Source: Octopus bimaculoides (taxonomy: Eukaryota). Taken from it: DNA of 64,000 nucleotides. The position numbers and the translations under genes were made by a program. Within the stretch, counting starts at the first letter, position 1, and the number at the start of each line of letters is the position of its first letter. Where the stretch lies: assembly GCF_001194135.2 (NCBI RefSeq), contig NC_068985.1, forward strand, positions 37,429,479 to 37,493,478, read 5' to 3'. The notes beneath the pieces are model-generated. The model was not told the DNA's origin, searched no databases, and worked only from the letters and a program-made list of their open reading frames with translations. Shown here one piece after another: positions 27,920-41,321 of the stretch.

Positions 27920-28839
27920 CGTATCTGCATGTGCATGCGTCTGCGAATGTATCAATATTGTTTCTTTCGTTATCAACTTTAACAAACAATGCCTATTCTT
28001 AAATCATTTTTACATCTGTGCTGTTTCAGATAGCTAATGGGATAACCATTATTTTACTCCATGTGTGCGTGAGCGCGCGCGTGTACATTCCTGCTCATCC
28101 CACACACAACGTACGCACACAAGTTAAAAAGCGCCAGGTATTTTACTCGCAGTTTCGCTGCAGCTGTACAAGCAAACCACAGTGTCTACAACACCTGGAC
28201 GAAGTCACCCGTCATTACTGGCTAGAGACGTATACCCTTAAGTACAACACCTGTAAAATATGCTTCAAGAAAAGAAAATAACATACTGTTTCCTCGCCAA
28301 CTAATTCTGCAGACTTCGTCTACCAGCCAAACCTTCAGCAAAATTACTCAGAAAGTAGACAGTCTGTTCAGAAGCTATCGAATAATTCTCTCCGTGGCAT
28401 CTCACTATGCTTGAAATATCAGTCAATTCTATCTCAGACTACACACACATCTATTTTCAAATAGAAGGTAAAAGGTAGTGTGGCTGTTCTAGATATACGC
28501 GTTCTGAAATAAAGTCATTCTTTAATTACATATGTAATTCTTTATACAAGTTTGAACCTAATAACCATGTAGTTATCCTTTGGGTAAATAACCAAACCAC
28601 AACTATTACATTTTCTAATCGTTTTCGAGAAGAAATTTTTTAAATATGATCTAAGTAATGATTAAGTAATATTGCATTTATTCATTATTCCCTATTTCCT
28701 TTTATTTATTTATTATTTTTTTTCTTATTAAACACGGTGTTAATATCAGAGTGACTTCTACTAGACTTTACCAATTAAAGGATTCGAAAGAGTCAGTACA
28801 AGTTTGATTTTTGAGGTTTCATTCTCAAAGAATTATTAC

Positions 28840-28885
<46 letters not shown>

Positions 28886-29368
28886 GGAGTACCCAGACAC
28901 AAACTTTGGAATTTCTACACCCCTGAGTAATGTACACTTAATTACACAGAATTTTTTTCATCTAGGTAACTTTATAGTGCCTGCTAAGTACACATGGCGA
29001 GAGGTATTTTGCACTAGACCAACCTAGTATTTATAACTACTGCCAATGTGCACCAATCGATATACACATGCACATACATACACACATACATACATACATA
29101 CATAAAGGAGCCTTTGTTCTAGGTTAAAAACCGGCTCTTTCCCTATTGGCAAGAAATCTTGAAATAAAACTGTACAATGACATACTTACATACTTATATA
29201 CATGCGTAGATACATACATTCATACATACATATATACATGCATATTTACACACACACATACATACATACATACACACATACATACATAGCGAATATAATA
29301 TAATTAATATACACATACAAACTTACATATAAATACATGCATATACATACTTATAATAATATGTGTGT

Positions 29369-29406
<38 letters not shown>

Positions 29407-29841
29407 ATATATATATATATGTATGTATGAATTATTCACTCAAGTGTAAGCAATGGTCGGTGGTTTGATTAGATAAAGCACAACAAACATATGATATTTT
29501 CTAGATAATTATATACTGCATGCTAGAATATACGATGACAACGACTTTGATACTAAATCTGGACATGTATATTTTCTGCCAAAGGTTGCAAATTTATTGG
29601 ATGTCTCATAGGAATCTATGGAATATTCTCAGATTGCTCTTTATAGGGAACATCAAAGGATTTTTCTCTATAGTTATATGACTAGAATTTCGGTATAGAT
29701 GTATGCAGTTTGACATTTCATTTGTAATTTTCAAGAGTCGTATGTGCCTTTGTAGGATCTTGCATTCCCATGCACAAAGAAACACTCTCACACATACGCA
29801 AGCACAAACAAATATAGATGTACTTCTACACACAAAAGCAT

Positions 29842-29872
<31 letters not shown>

Positions 29873-30286
29873 AACGCACACACATATATGAAACTAGATA
29901 TTCTTACATACATATACTACATATAGAAATATATGCACACACTTAAGTGAAGGCAAATACGCACATATTTATATGTGTGTGTGCATGAGTGCGTGTCTGT
30001 GTTAGTGTGTGTGTGTGTATGAGTGCGTGTCTGTGTTAGTGTGTGTGTGTGTGTGTGTGTGCGCGTGGTTGTGTGGTGTATAATAAGTATTTGTGGCAAG
30101 AAGGAAACGATCTATTAACATAGAATGGTTCTTATAGTTTATTAGTTTGCATTATTGAAAGGGGATAACAGAAATATCACTGCACCTGTCTAGATCATTT
30201 ACTATTTCTTCTATTAATGTTGCTCGTTCAAACCTTATCAGTGACCTTTCTCCTGTTCACACACACGCACCCCCCACACACACAAA

Positions 30287-30507
30287 TACAAGGGGGTGCT
30301 AGAAGGTTCCTGGTTCTATGGGTCCAGCGAAAGGCCTGGTTGGAGGTTCAAGCTTCCGAGTTCTTTTACAGGGCTTAGAAAAAGTGAAAGACCGTTGCAA
30401 TAAATGTGTGAATCTGAGAGGGGAATATATTGGTAATAAATAATGGTTAACTGATCCTCTTGCATTTTTTTTACCCGGATTTAGGAACTTTACAACACTT
30501 CCGCGTA
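30287..30507 (+). mobile_element. Non-autonomous mariner-derived MITE
   Basis: TA-flanked imperfect TIRs (TACAAGGGGGTGCTAGAAGGTTCCT...AGGAACTTTACAACACTTCCGCGTA); the interior resembles a transposase C-terminus (GLEK..DRCNKCVNLRGEY). Confidence 0.7.
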
Positions 30508-30521
30508 TATATATACATATA

Positions 30522-30904
30522 TGGTTGGCACTCCGTCAGTTACGACGACGAAGGTTCCAGTTGATCCGATCAACGGAACAGCCTGCTCTTGAAATTAAAG
30601 TGCAAGTGGCTGAGCACTTCACAGACACGTGTACCCTTAACGTAGTTCTCGGGGGAGATTCAGGGTGACACAGTGTGACAAGGCTGGTCCTTTGAAATAC
30701 AGGTAAAACAGAAACAGGAAGAAAGAGTGAGAGAAAGTTGTGGTGAAAGCGTGCAACAGGGTTCGCCACCATCCCCTGCCGGAGCCTTGTGGAAGTTTAG
30801 GTGATTTCGCTCAATAAATGCTCACAGCGCCCGGTCTGGGGATCGAAACTGCGATCCTACGACTGCGAGTCCGCTACCCAAACCACTGGGCCATTGCACC
30901 TCCA
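30522..30904 (-). mobile_element. Full-length tRNA-derived SINE family B (head H1, body M1, tail T1)
   Basis: Minus strand starts TGGAGGTGCAATGGCCCAGTGG (A-box) and contains GTTTCGATCCCC (B-box); matches 45116-45488. Confidence 0.9.
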
Positions 30905-31049
30905 CATATACATATAGTAAATCCAAAAAAAGAAGAACAACAAACACAAAAAATAAACGAGAGGACGTGGTACATGAAAAGTATTAGCAGACGCTCAGGG
31001 AAGGAAAGGAAAATGGTTTAACATTTCGAGCAACGCTTTTATATATACA

Positions 31050-31080
<31 letters not shown>

Positions 31081-31454
31081 ACATGAATGTGTGTCTGTGT
31101 CTCTGTATGCGTCTGTGTGTGTATGTATGTATGTATGTATGTATGTATGTATATATGTATGTATGTATATATGTATCTATGTATGTGTATGTATGTATGG
31201 ATGTATGGATGTACGGTCATAAGGTCTTCGTTTCGATTCCTTAACCGGGTGGTGCCTAGTTATTTGGTTAAGGTAATTCATTTGACATTCGTTCTTCTAG
31301 TCTGCTCAGCTGAAAATGAGAGCTAGCATGAGTTGCCTCTCCCTAAGTTCACCCATTGTCAAAAATGGAAAGTACCTATGTCTGCTTCTGACTGAAGACA
31401 TCGAAAACAGTAAGCGAAAGCATGGGATATGCTTTCCCGTCACATTCGATTCCG

Positions 31455-31584
31455 AGAAGGTTGCTTCCCAACCACATCATTCCGCGTTCAGTTCCCCTGC
31501 GAGGCAGCTCGCACAAGCGTCGTCTGCTATAGCCTAGGGCCAACCAAAACCTTGTGGGTGGATATGGTGGACGGAAAGCCCGTC

Positions 31585-31624
<40 letters not shown>

Positions 31625-31676
31625 CGGTTCGGCAAAAGAGAACGATAGAATAAGTACTAGGCTTACAAAGAATAAG
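31455..31676 (+). mobile_element. SINE family C, running into an N gap
   Basis: CAACCACAT..GTTCAGT..AAAGCCCGTCG(TA)n GCGGTTCGGCAAAAGAG. Confidence 0.75.
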
Positions 31677-32276
31677 NNNNNNNNNNNNNNNNNNNNNNNN
31701 NNNNNNNNNNNNNNNNNNNNNNNNNNNNNNNNNNNNNNNNNNNNNNNNNNNNNNNNNNNNNNNNNNNNNNNNNNNNNNNNNNNNNNNNNNNNNNNNNNNN
31801 NNNNNNNNNNNNNNNNNNNNNNNNNNNNNNNNNNNNNNNNNNNNNGTGTGTGTGTGTGTGTGTGTGTGTGTGTGCATGAAATGTAATAAATCGTGTTAAA
31901 ATGTGATTATTGATATTTTACTTAAACTGCTGCAAGGAAATAAACATTTTTAGATGAATCAGTTACTTTTTGCTGAAGCTTTATGAAAGGGAAAGAAAAA
32001 AAAAAAAAGAAGCGAAAAGAAGCCTAGTAAACTCATATGATAATAAATATAATAGTTTCTAGTATATCATATGACGAATACGATGCTTTTGGTTACAGAA
32101 AAGCATTGAATTTACAGTATGTCATCTGGTAAACATATTTCCGTGCGGCCTTAACACTGCTTGCAATTGAATTCAACAGCAAAGCATACTTTTCATTGAG
32201 TTGAGGTACTGTGAATATGCTGAGTACATTTATATACACATTCATACATACATACATACATAATACATACATCTCC

Positions 32277-33045
32277 AGGAATAAAAGATTGCCACAAAGT
32301 ACCTGGTGAACAAGAGAGACAGTGACGCTCTGGTAATCCCAAGGTGCAACCGTATGTATAGGCTATGTCATGTTTCTGTGGAAGACATTACGCATGTGAT
32401 TAGCAGCTGTCCTAAAATGTCATCACAGTACTGTCTCCCTATGCGGCACGATGTTGTTGCTAAAACAATTTACAAAGCCATTCTCAAAGAAGACTGTCCT
32501 GCAATAAACTTAGAAAATCCCTGTTATGGAATACATTCAAAAACATCAACTCAAGGAATACTGATGGCATATTCCCATCAAAACGTCTGTCAATGTAACC
32601 ATATCAGGCCGGATATTGTTGTTTGGGACAGAGAGTCAAAGGTATGTACCATCATAGAGGTCAGCTGCTCTGTAGATATAAATATCTCTTTGAAGATCAA
32701 AGAAAAATAGGATATCTGTGAACAACTGCTTCGAAACCTCCAGCTTCTATATCCAGACTATGAATTCATATTCATACCAATAATAATTGGGGCACTGGGT
32801 CTTGTTAGTAAATGCTTAAAGAAGAATCTGGAGAAACTGGGATTTTCAGAAAGAGAAATTGACCGGCTGATTCTTAATTACAAGTGCAATCTGTGAGTGG
32901 AACAGTAAAAATATGCAAAACTTTTCTCAAGTTCCAAATGAGAATTTGTCTGTGTTAATTACATTCCAAAAATGGAGCCTTGTATCTTTGTTGGAAACCG
33001 GCTCCCTCCTCAGTTCAAGATTTATAATAATTAAAAAATAGAAGA
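32277..33045 (+). mobile_element. 5'-truncated R4/Dong-like non-LTR retrotransposon remnant (CCHC knuckle, RHD motif, restriction-like endonuclease)
   Basis: Translation: QE(I)ATKYLVNKR...YRLCHVSVEDITHVISSC...MRHDVVAK...RPDIVVWDRESKVCTIIEVSC...IPIIIGALG...LGF...KTFLKF, with stops and frameshifts, then a short 3' UTR. Confidence 0.85.
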
Positions 33046-33498
33046 TACATATATACATACAAACATACATACATACATACATGCATACATACATACATAC
33101 ATACATACATACATACATACGTATAAATGTATGGATGCATAATGTATATACATGCATGTATGTTTGTCTGTATATATATATATGTATATATGTAGCTTTG
33201 TGGTTGGGGTGTTCCACACGTGATCGTAGGTATATTTCGATTCTTGTAACGGGTAATGCGTTGTATACTTTGAGCAAGCTACCTCATTTCACGTTGCTTC
33301 ATCCTCTCAGTTGGCAGAAATGAATGATTCGTCGACGGAACGGCGTACCGTCCAGGGGAGAAATATACATACCACAGAATCCGTAAACCGTCCTTACGAC
33401 CTGATCGCTTGGGAAAGATCTTTGACTTCTGTTTTTTTTTGTTGTTGTTTGCTTTTTATTTATCATTGCTATCATCTCTTAATATTCTGTATCATAAA

Positions 33499-33720
33499 GG
33501 CGGCGATCTGGCAGACTCGTTACACACAGGACAAAATGCTTAGTGGTATTTCATCCAGTGGTCTTTTGGTTCTGAGTTCAAATTCCGCGGAGGTCGACTT
33601 TGCCTATCATTCTTTCAGGATCGATACAATAAGAACCAGCTGCACGCTGAGATCGGTGCAATCGACTCCCCCCCCCTGGCCTCCAAATTTGCTGGCCTTG
33701 TGTCAAAATTTGAAATCAAT
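33499..33720 (+). mobile_element. SINE family A
   Basis: Starts GGCGGCGATCTGGCAGA; contains GAGTTCAAATTCCGCGGAGGTCGACTTTGCC. Confidence 0.85.
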
Positions 33721-34351
33721 ATTCTGAATCATTAAATCTATGGTATTAAATTGTTGGTTATAAACTTGCTTCCTTTTGAATCTGGGTGATGTTATCACCC
33801 TAAATATGTGATTTGAGGTATATTAATTTCGCCGTCCTGTTTTGAACCACCTCAAACAGATGTTGGATTTACATATATCTTAGATCCGAGTGTAGCTGCA
33901 ATTCTTTAAATTCTTATTTTAAATCCCGCCAGAGTTTACTGCGTCTTTCAGTGTTCGGGAATCGATATCGGAAATACCAGTCAACAAACTGATTTATTTC
34001 ATATTCATATTTTCAATGCATTCCCATCATTGGATTGCGTACAGAAACACATTAAATCTCCATAAATCAGTTCTTCAAACCCGTCCAACATGCGCCTCTA
34101 TCATAACATAACAGTTCTTCGTATCATTAAGTCAACAGGTTTTTAGTGATCTCCTGAGAGATAATGCATCTGGAGAGTAACATATTTATCACGTAAAGTG
34201 TCAAGCCAACTGCACAGAGTTTTACCTTGATAAATGCGCGCGCGTGTATATAGATAGAGCTATTTGTGTGTGTATATATATACATATACATAAATATGTA
34301 CATACATACATACATATATATTTATTTAATTATTTATTTATTTATTTTGAA

Positions 34352-34840
34352 GCTATCCTCATCAAAATACAACCTTAGTTGGTCAGGTTATCTCTCACGT
34401 ACGAGAGATATCAGAATTTAGAAGCAACGTCTCTTTGGCCAATTCCAACAGGGAGGTCAGTTGGAAAGCCACTCTTGCGCTTCAAGCTAAAAGACAATCT
34501 AAAGCGATGCAACATTCCCTATTCTCCTTGGGAGAACAACTCATCAGAACGCAGGAGCTGGTGCAAGCCCTGCTTCTCTTCAGTTCAAAAATCTGAGCAA
34601 AGTCGGGATTAACTTCGTGCAAGTATGAAGGCATACTGTCACAGCGCTGCACATCTAAATGGAAACCTTACCTGTCACTGTGGTTTTGTAGCACGAGGTA
34701 AAGCAGGCCTTGCCGCCCACTCAAGAAAACCCATAGTAAATGATCTACAAACACTCAAGCAAACTGAGTCTTCAACTTGTTCAATTTGCCAAAAGGTTTT
34801 ACAAGGCATCAGCTGGCCTCAGGACACATAGATGTCTATA
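34352..34840 (+). mobile_element. RTE/BovB-type LINE 3' end remnant
   Basis: EAILIK.Q..WSGY...GRSVGKPLLRF(KD)KLKDNLKRCNI...WE....RRSW, followed by CHC..H and C..C zinc-finger-like tails; many lesions. Confidence 0.7.
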
Positions 34841-35025
34841 GACACATTCATATCTGTACATTCAATCGTGTCCGTAGAACATGATTAACGATTTATTTTA
34901 CTGTATCATCATTTGTCGTTCACAAGAAGAGAATCCATCATATATATGTATATATATATATTACGGAGATGTACTTGCATAGCAAGTGATTTGATCTGAA
35001 ATCGTGTACTCAAACAAAGACAACT

Positions 35026-35186
35026 GCAGCATGGAAGATGTTTGTAAGCCATTTACGAACGCAGAGTGAACAGGTTGCGGTTTCGAAGCGACGAAAATAT
35101 CTTGACACAAATTGAATTTAAATGTTGAAGTGAAACTAACGGTTTTCGTGTGTTCTTAAATGGCTTGCAAACATCTTCCACGCTGC
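35026..35186. repeat. Hairpin element with 30-bp inverted repeats
   Basis: GCAGCATGGAAGATGTTTGTAAGCCATTTA and TAAATGGCTTGCAAACATCTTCCACGCTGC (28/30 complementary). Confidence 0.8.
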
Positions 35187-35202
35187 AATTCTCTCTCTCT
35201 CT

Positions 35203-35271
<69 letters not shown>

Positions 35272-35582
35272 GCGTGATTACATACATGCATATGTATATA
35301 TATTTGTAAACACATACAAATATATTTATGTATTTTTTCCTAGCTGTATACATTACCCTCTGTTGCACCAGCGGTGTGCTACGGGAAGTTTTCAGCTTTT
35401 TTTTTTTTTGAAGCATTATTTATCTTAATTTTCATCGTCAGAAAAATAGTATTCATTTTTGAACTTTCTCAATAACCATATGTCGTCCTCCCAGTTTCGT
35501 TTGTTAGTACATTGTCGCTGATATTTTTAGATTGGTTCATCAAATTAAAAGTGATTGCTAAGTCGATTTTACTATTTTCACA

Positions 35583-35699
35583 TTAACCTTTAGCACACTG
35601 TAGGTGCATCATTTCACCATATGCGTTTCCCCCCGTGTAGTTAACAGGGCAGTAGCAGGGGATATAATTCTAGAGAAAATTCAGTATGCTAAAAGTTAA
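35583..35699. mobile_element. TTAA-flanked piggyBac-type mini-MITE
   Basis: TTAACCTTTAGCACACTG ... CAGTATGCTAAAAGTTAA (16/18 complementary). Confidence 0.6.
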
Positions 35700-36131
35700 A
35701 TAATAAGGTGTTATTATAACTGTTATCTTAATCCATCTTTATATTGGCCTGATTTTTTTTACATTAGCCTAAATATTTATATTAGCAAAATCTACAAAGA
35801 CGTAATCAAAATGTGTTGTCCAATGGTGAGGAGCTATATACTTGACTTCTAACGCCTCGTGCATTTGATGCTTTGTTGCTATGTAAGAAAGTAATATAAT
35901 TTATGACCCTTCCAAGTTCTCATCTTCCCAAAAGTCTATGCTTGCTCTGGAGGAACTTTTAACCGGAGCAAAATATATGTATAATTCAAAATTAGATCTA
36001 AAACAAACAAGCAAAAACAATGATAGACAATGGCACATAAAGAAATAAGAAAAATGCACAAATATCTCTTCAAGTATTCTAAGGCCAATATTTTCTACGG
36101 ATATGATATTTTCAATATTAGTACAAAATCT

Positions 36132-36345
36132 AAGGCGGTGAGCTTTAGAACTATTACTGCGCCGGGCAAAATGCTTAGCGGCATTTCGTCCACCTTTACG
36201 TTCTGAGTTCAAATCCTGCCGAGGTCGAGATTGTCTTTTATCATTTTAGGGCCGATAAAATGTGTACCAGTTGAAACCTAGAGTTGATGTAATTGACTTA
36301 CCCCATCCCCCTAACTTTCTGTCCTTGTACCAAAATTTGAACCCA
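36132..36345 (+). mobile_element. SINE family A (first of a tandem pair)
   Basis: Family match; flanked by AATATTAG..ACAA(A)TCT repeats. Confidence 0.85.
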
Positions 36346-36362
36346 ATATTAGGGTACAATCT

Positions 36363-36562
36363 AAAGCGGTGAGCTGGCAGAATTGTTTCCGCTCCGGGCA
36401 AAATGCTTAGCAGCATTTTGTCCGCCTAGTTCAAATTCTGTGGAAATCGAGATTGCCTTTCATTCTTCTTGGGGTCGATGAAATAAATATCAGTCCTAGG
36501 GCTGATGTAATCGACTTACAACATTCCCTAAAATTGCTGTCTGAGTGCCAAATTTTGAAATT
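36363..36562 (+). mobile_element. SINE family A (second of a tandem pair)
   Basis: Family match. Confidence 0.8.
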
Positions 36563-38938
36563 AATATTAGTGCACAATCTGTTTTATGAGCGAGTCGTCG
36601 TCGACTAAGCTGATAGCTCCATCGAGGTTTTACCATTTGGAAGGGTGCTTGGGCATCCCAGAAACGTTAAAAATAACAACTGCCAAGAAACCGTGGCACA
36701 GAAAATCCTCCCTTCTCACATACTGAGAGAAGATCAAAGGTGAGTTGTGACAGAGTGCTACAACGGCACCTCTCTATAATCAGGAAGGTCTCCTACCGTC
36801 TCAATACATTTGTGCAGTAGATAAATACTTTAGCTTTGAAGAGAATACCAACAACTATGTGAACTGAACTCTTGTCGCTTTTTCTACGCTAATCAAATTC
36901 ACTTCTGAATGCTTCCATGGTGTCCGAAGTAACATTGGATAAATCCTCATCGAAGACATACCGAGAAATTACCAATCCAGCAGGCATCTCAACTAAGTAT
37001 CTTGAGATACCAGCTAATTAATGCAAACTGTTGTATATTGACGTTTTATACGTTTTGTTCACATTTAGCTTTCTAACTCCGTTTGGTATGTAACGTAATC
37101 TAATCTAATTGTTATGCATCCAGCATATTACAAACCTGTTATAAATGATAGATGACTGTCTGATTTTTCTGCTATCAATATACAATCTAGATAAGTCCAC
37201 AATAATCTGCATTAGATGATACCAAACAATTTCTTTTGTTTTCTGGACTACTGTATTCAATAGAATTGACAAGAAATCACTGTCAAAATGATTAACATTC
37301 TGCTCAATTTATGACTGAATTCAGTACCGTTTAAGCAACCGATAAGACTTAATTAATATCTAATATACTCTCATGAATTCATAGAAATGATCCTGTCTGT
37401 TTCTGACTGATCCAGACAGAAGTGCAAGGCTAAGATATATATTTGAATAATACCATGATATCATTTCCTATTCTTTCCTTTTTACCTATTTGATTATGTG
37501 AACGAAATGTCACGAGCCTCTGTGGGAAAACGCAAAGTTGTCTCAAATGAGGGAGCATAGAGTAGTAGTCTGTATCATTGGCCAATCGATCGGAGATTTT
37601 ATGTAGATTTGTTAATAGCTACCGCTTTCCTTCACCCAGATTTCTCCTTGGCAGCCAGTTGCGCTACATAGAGATATATCTACAACACTCCCCAACCCGC
37701 CCCACATAAGCTGATTTGATTGATATTATACTAATTGTGGCTGGTATGTCGATTACCTCGAATGGCGTTGTCTAGTCGTAGAATCAAGTTCTGGTCAGTT
37801 TAAGTAGCCGTATAAACCAATTAATATCAATCTTTGAGAAGTCTGTATTACAACGTGGAAGGATGGGTGAACGGCTTCAAGTAAGAAGCCGGACATCGGT
37901 TGGAAATAAATAAAGAGCGCTCCCCCATCTACTACCCACATCACATACACACACATTTATATATACACATACATATATGCATATACACACACATAACACA
38001 GACATCATCACACATACACTTACAATCTCGCCAGTACGTGCGTGTACAAACGTACACAAAGGTCTAGTGACTACACCCTCTGTGGTCGGCTCCGATAACA
38101 TAATCTCTTTAGAGATCATACGGGCACTTTTATTCCCCGCCTGCCCTCCAAGACATTCTCTAACGTCCCCTGGCCTAATCGCCATTACTCTCTCACTCTC
38201 TGTCTCTCTCTCAGTGTCACTATGTCGCCTTGTCCCTCTTTGCGCCGTTTATGTCTTATCTCCCTTTTCTTTCTTATCCACACTTTTCTTCTCTGTAAAC
38301 CTATTCCTACGTATCGTATTACTTTCTTCAACTAACACACATCTACATATTCATTCACTTTCACTTTTATTTCTCCTATACTACCCTCACTCCCCACGAC
38401 TGGCACCACTACAACTACTACCGCCAATACCAACACTACAACTATCACCACTTATACAAACCACCATGTACAACAACCATCACTACTACAGCATATCTCC
38501 CACCGCTACCCTTGATTTTTTTTCTTTCCTCGACTATAAAAGAAGTCTTTACTACTTCAGACTCCACTCCTCTGGTCTCCTTAATTGAGAGAACTCTTTT
38601 CGTTATTTTCGCTCTCTCGCTGCCTCTCATTCTTCCTCCCAAAGACAATCCCTCAAAACTCCCTGTCTGCCTGTCTCTCCCACACACATATAGGTATCAT
38701 ACACATAAACCCTTTCTCTTTTTCTGTCTGTAAGTGACAGGTTTTGCCTTTTTCTGTGCCATTTGTCCGTTCGTTATTTTTGCTATTCCTAATTTTATAT
38801 CGTTCCATATGCTCTCTTTTTTCATCTCTCCACTGCTTCCCTTTCTCTCACCTTCTCTCTAATGACACACATATATATAAATATATATATAAACAAATAC
38901 ATCAATGCATATGAATAGATACATACATGTATGTATAC

Positions 38939-38970
<32 letters not shown>

Positions 38971-39047
38971 ATAATATATATACATAAATGTATAATATAT
39001 ATATATATGTATATGTATGTATAATATATATGTATAATATATATATG

Positions 39048-39087
<40 letters not shown>

Positions 39088-39193
39088 GAATGCGTGCATA
39101 CACATATGCACGTACATATGCAGCATAAATGTATGTGTATGTGCGGCGCGTGTATCCTATTTTATCCCCGTTCTCCATCTTCCCGCTTTTTAC

Positions 39194-39196
<3 letters not shown>

Positions 39197-39240
<44 letters not shown>

Positions 39241-39261
39241 GTCTATCTGTCTATCTATCTG

Positions 39262-39316
<55 letters not shown>

Positions 39317-39400
39317 GTCTGTCTGTCTGCCTGTCTATATACCTACCTATCTTCCTTATTACCTACCTACCTACCTACCTAGTTACCTACCTGCCTCCCT
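39197..39400. repeat. (CTAT)n/(CTAC)n tetranucleotide microsatellite
   Basis: Directly visible. Confidence 0.95.
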
Positions 39401-39933
39401 ACCTATTCCCCTTTTCCCCGTTTTGCAGCCATCACTGATTTGTTTCCAACTTGATAATTCCCAACTTGCTCCAATATCTCTTCCACAAAACTACATCCTT
39501 TTTCTTTCTTCATCTGAATCATCCACTTTATCAAGAATCTCTGTAATGTAGATTTTGCTTATTAAATGCACCGAAAAGGAAATTATTCTCAGTTGGGTTT
39601 CCTAAGGTTAGACAATGCAAATATCTAAAGGATTCCTTCAAATAAACAAAACCTGGCGAATTTCATAAATCTGCATAAACATGCAAACGTCATTTATACA
39701 TGTATTTCCAATAACAGGGCAAGGGGAACATATACAAATACACAGCCATACACACATTCACATGCACACACACACGCGCACACGCACACACACGCATATG
39801 CGCACGCGTGCTCGCATTCACGTACATATACATACACTGATACCAGCACATATATGTGCGTGCATATGTATGCCCTTGTGTATATGTTTGTACATGTATA
39901 TGTGTGTAATTGCATGTATGCTTTAATTACATC

Positions 39934-39965
<32 letters not shown>

Positions 39966-40104
39966 ATNNNNNNNNNNNNNNNNNNNNNNNNNNNNNNNNN
40001 NNNNNNNNNNNNNNNNNNNNNNNNNNNNNNNNNNNNNNNNNNNNNNNATATATATATACACATATATATATGTGTGTATGTATGTATATATTTATACACA
40101 CGTG

Positions 40105-40135
<31 letters not shown>

Positions 40136-40512
40136 ATATGTATATACAAACATACATACATATATATGTTTGTATGTATGTATGTATGTATGTATGTATG
40201 TATGTATGTATGCATGTATGTATGCATAAGAGGTATATATGCTTGTGTATGAGCCTGAATATATACATACAGATATAACTATACACAAAGGCTACATCCA
40301 TGTAAACATACGATATCTCTGCATGCACAAGGAGGTCACAGCAATGCTACATGTATATTGATAGTTATTGAAATATGCATTAATAAGACATTAATAATGT
40401 TACACTCTTCGGACAAACGCATATCGATGCGTATAAGTATCTGCACGCATGCGTCTACTCTGGATGTATGTGTTCGCGTGTATGCGCGTGTATTTATATG
40501 CGTGTGTTTATG

Positions 40513-40544
<32 letters not shown>

Positions 40545-40906
40545 AATAGCCATGTGTTTTTGTCATACCCATTGTCTTGCTTACAACGTACTAAGCGAAT
40601 GCAGGAAAATGCATACGTATCTTTTATATATTTCTTAATAGACTGTAGGATGGTTTTTGCAAGGTGACAGATTAATTAAGGCGACATATCTGACCCCTAA
40701 TATAGTTTATTTATTTGGCTCAGTAATTTATGGTAAAAACCCGTGTAACATAAAAAATGAAACAAGGACTTACAAAGCACAATATTCTATTCTATAGCGT
40801 TATAGTGGAGCGTTTGTAGTCAGAACTATCCTGTTAGTTTGCTGGACTGTTCCATGATATGGGGTGTTCATTTAAGAGATGTAAGTCCAAAAGACTTACA
40901 AACAAT

Positions 40907-41321
40907 CTTTTCTGTTTTAGTCACAAGGCCTGAAATTTGGGGGAAGAAGGTCAGTCGATTAGATACCCCAGTACGCAACTGGTACTTAATTTAGCGACCC
41001 CGGAAGGATGATAGGCAAAGTCGGCCTCGGCGGAATTTGAACTCGGAACGTAAAAACAGGAAATACCGCTAAGCACTTTAACCGGCGTGCCAACGTTTCT
41101 TATTTCTTTATTGCTCACAAGGGGCTAAACATAGAGGGGATAAACAAGGACAGACAAAGGGATTAAGTCGATTACATCGACCCCAGAGCGTAACTGTTAC
41201 TTAATTTATCGACCTCGAAAGGATGAAAGGCAAAGTCGACCTCGGCGGAATTTGAACTCAGAACGTAGCGCAGACGAAATACCGCTAAACATTTCGATCG
41301 GCATGCCAACGTTTCTGCCAG
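40907..41321 (-). mobile_element. Dimeric SINE family A composite with a 12-bp TSD
   Basis: Two copies (40907-41100 and 41101-41321) lie between direct repeats CTTACAAACAAT at 40895-40906 and 41322-41333. Confidence 0.85.

Noticed and set aside
36625-36675. GGGTGC-ttgg-GCATCC-ca-GAAACGTT-AAAA hammerhead-like 3' half
   Set aside because: There is no recognisable CUGANGA core.
36890-37015. Minus-strand peptide GISRYLVEMPAGLVISRYVFDEDLSNVTSDTMEAFRSEFD, loosely SEA-domain-like or CR1 C-terminus-like
   Set aside because: It is short, ends in a stop, has a poor splice acceptor, and has two competing weak interpretations.
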